Source of the DNA: Octopus bimaculoides
Taxonomy: Eukaryota
Direction: 5' to 3'
NCBI RefSeq assembly: GCF_001194135.2
Contig: NC_068990.1
Location: 80,717,614-80,781,613 of the forward strand
DNA: 64,000 nucleotides
Positions 63,541-64,000 of this stretch are shown here, piece by piece. The number at the start of each line of letters is the position of its first letter. Position 1 is the first letter of the stretch. The notes beneath the pieces are model-generated. The model was given only the letters and a program-made list of their open reading frames with translations, was not told the DNA's origin and ran no database searches. A program made the position numbers and the translations under genes.

Positions 63541-64000
63541 ATATATATATATATATGTGTGTGTATACATATATGCTTATATATGTATACACACACACAT
63601 ACTTACACAGACACACACATATATATAGTTGAAACATCGCTGAAAGGATAAGTCAGAATACAAAATAAACTGGAATTGAAGGAATTCGTAAACTTCCACT
63701 GAATATCAATATGAATGTAAAGAAATTATTAATAAAACTTAGTTGGAACCTGGCTTCGAATCGTATCCAGAGAATATGAAGTATTAGGTAATTGCATTAA
63801 GTAGCTATGAGCAGATCTTGTTTGAAGATAACAGCTTGAAATTGCAAACAAAGCACTGACAATCAACAAATGCCTGTTGCTAATTAACATGAATGTGTGG
63901 ACATATCCAAATTGCTGCTAATTAAGAAAACCAGCTTGGAAAATTTATGATGGTGACAGGTAAGATGTTCAGAATGTGTGAAATGAAAGTGAAATTGAAT

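Overview
AT-rich, microsatellite-dense eukaryotic genomic DNA with about 12 assembly gaps (N runs), nearly all flanked by (TA)n or (CA)n. The tRNA-derived SINE families resemble, from memory, the octopus OK/OR-type SINEs, so the source is probably an octopus/coleoid genome. There is no long intact ORF. Almost all ORFs in the supplied track are microsatellite or N-gap artefacts or retroelement debris. The best-supported host-gene signal is three phase-consistent plus-strand exons (609-671, 975-1049, 6830-6924) that end in a hydrophobic, GPI-signal-like C-terminus followed by a 3'UTR with AATAAA. Other exon candidates are weak. The rest is a fossil record of mobile elements: a Chapaev3-like transposase, a mariner with both TIRs, a possible Tc1, HERO-like, R4/Dong-like (4 pieces), Tx1-like, RTE, CR1/Jockey-like and Penelope-like remnants, and more than a dozen SINE copies. 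The most interesting observations are: (i) a tRNA-headed SINE-like element with a well-formed minimal type I hammerhead ribozyme fold (21418-21463), plus two more degenerate hammerhead-like motifs; (ii) a 5'-truncated Tx1-like LINE flanked by (ATT)n on both sides, whose 3' end resembles the 3' tail of the SINE at 59-292, suggesting a LINE/SINE partnership; (iii) one SINE body carrying several different tails; (iv) inverted SINEs bracketing a candidate exon. All family assignments come from manual translation and remembered motifs. No database searches were run.
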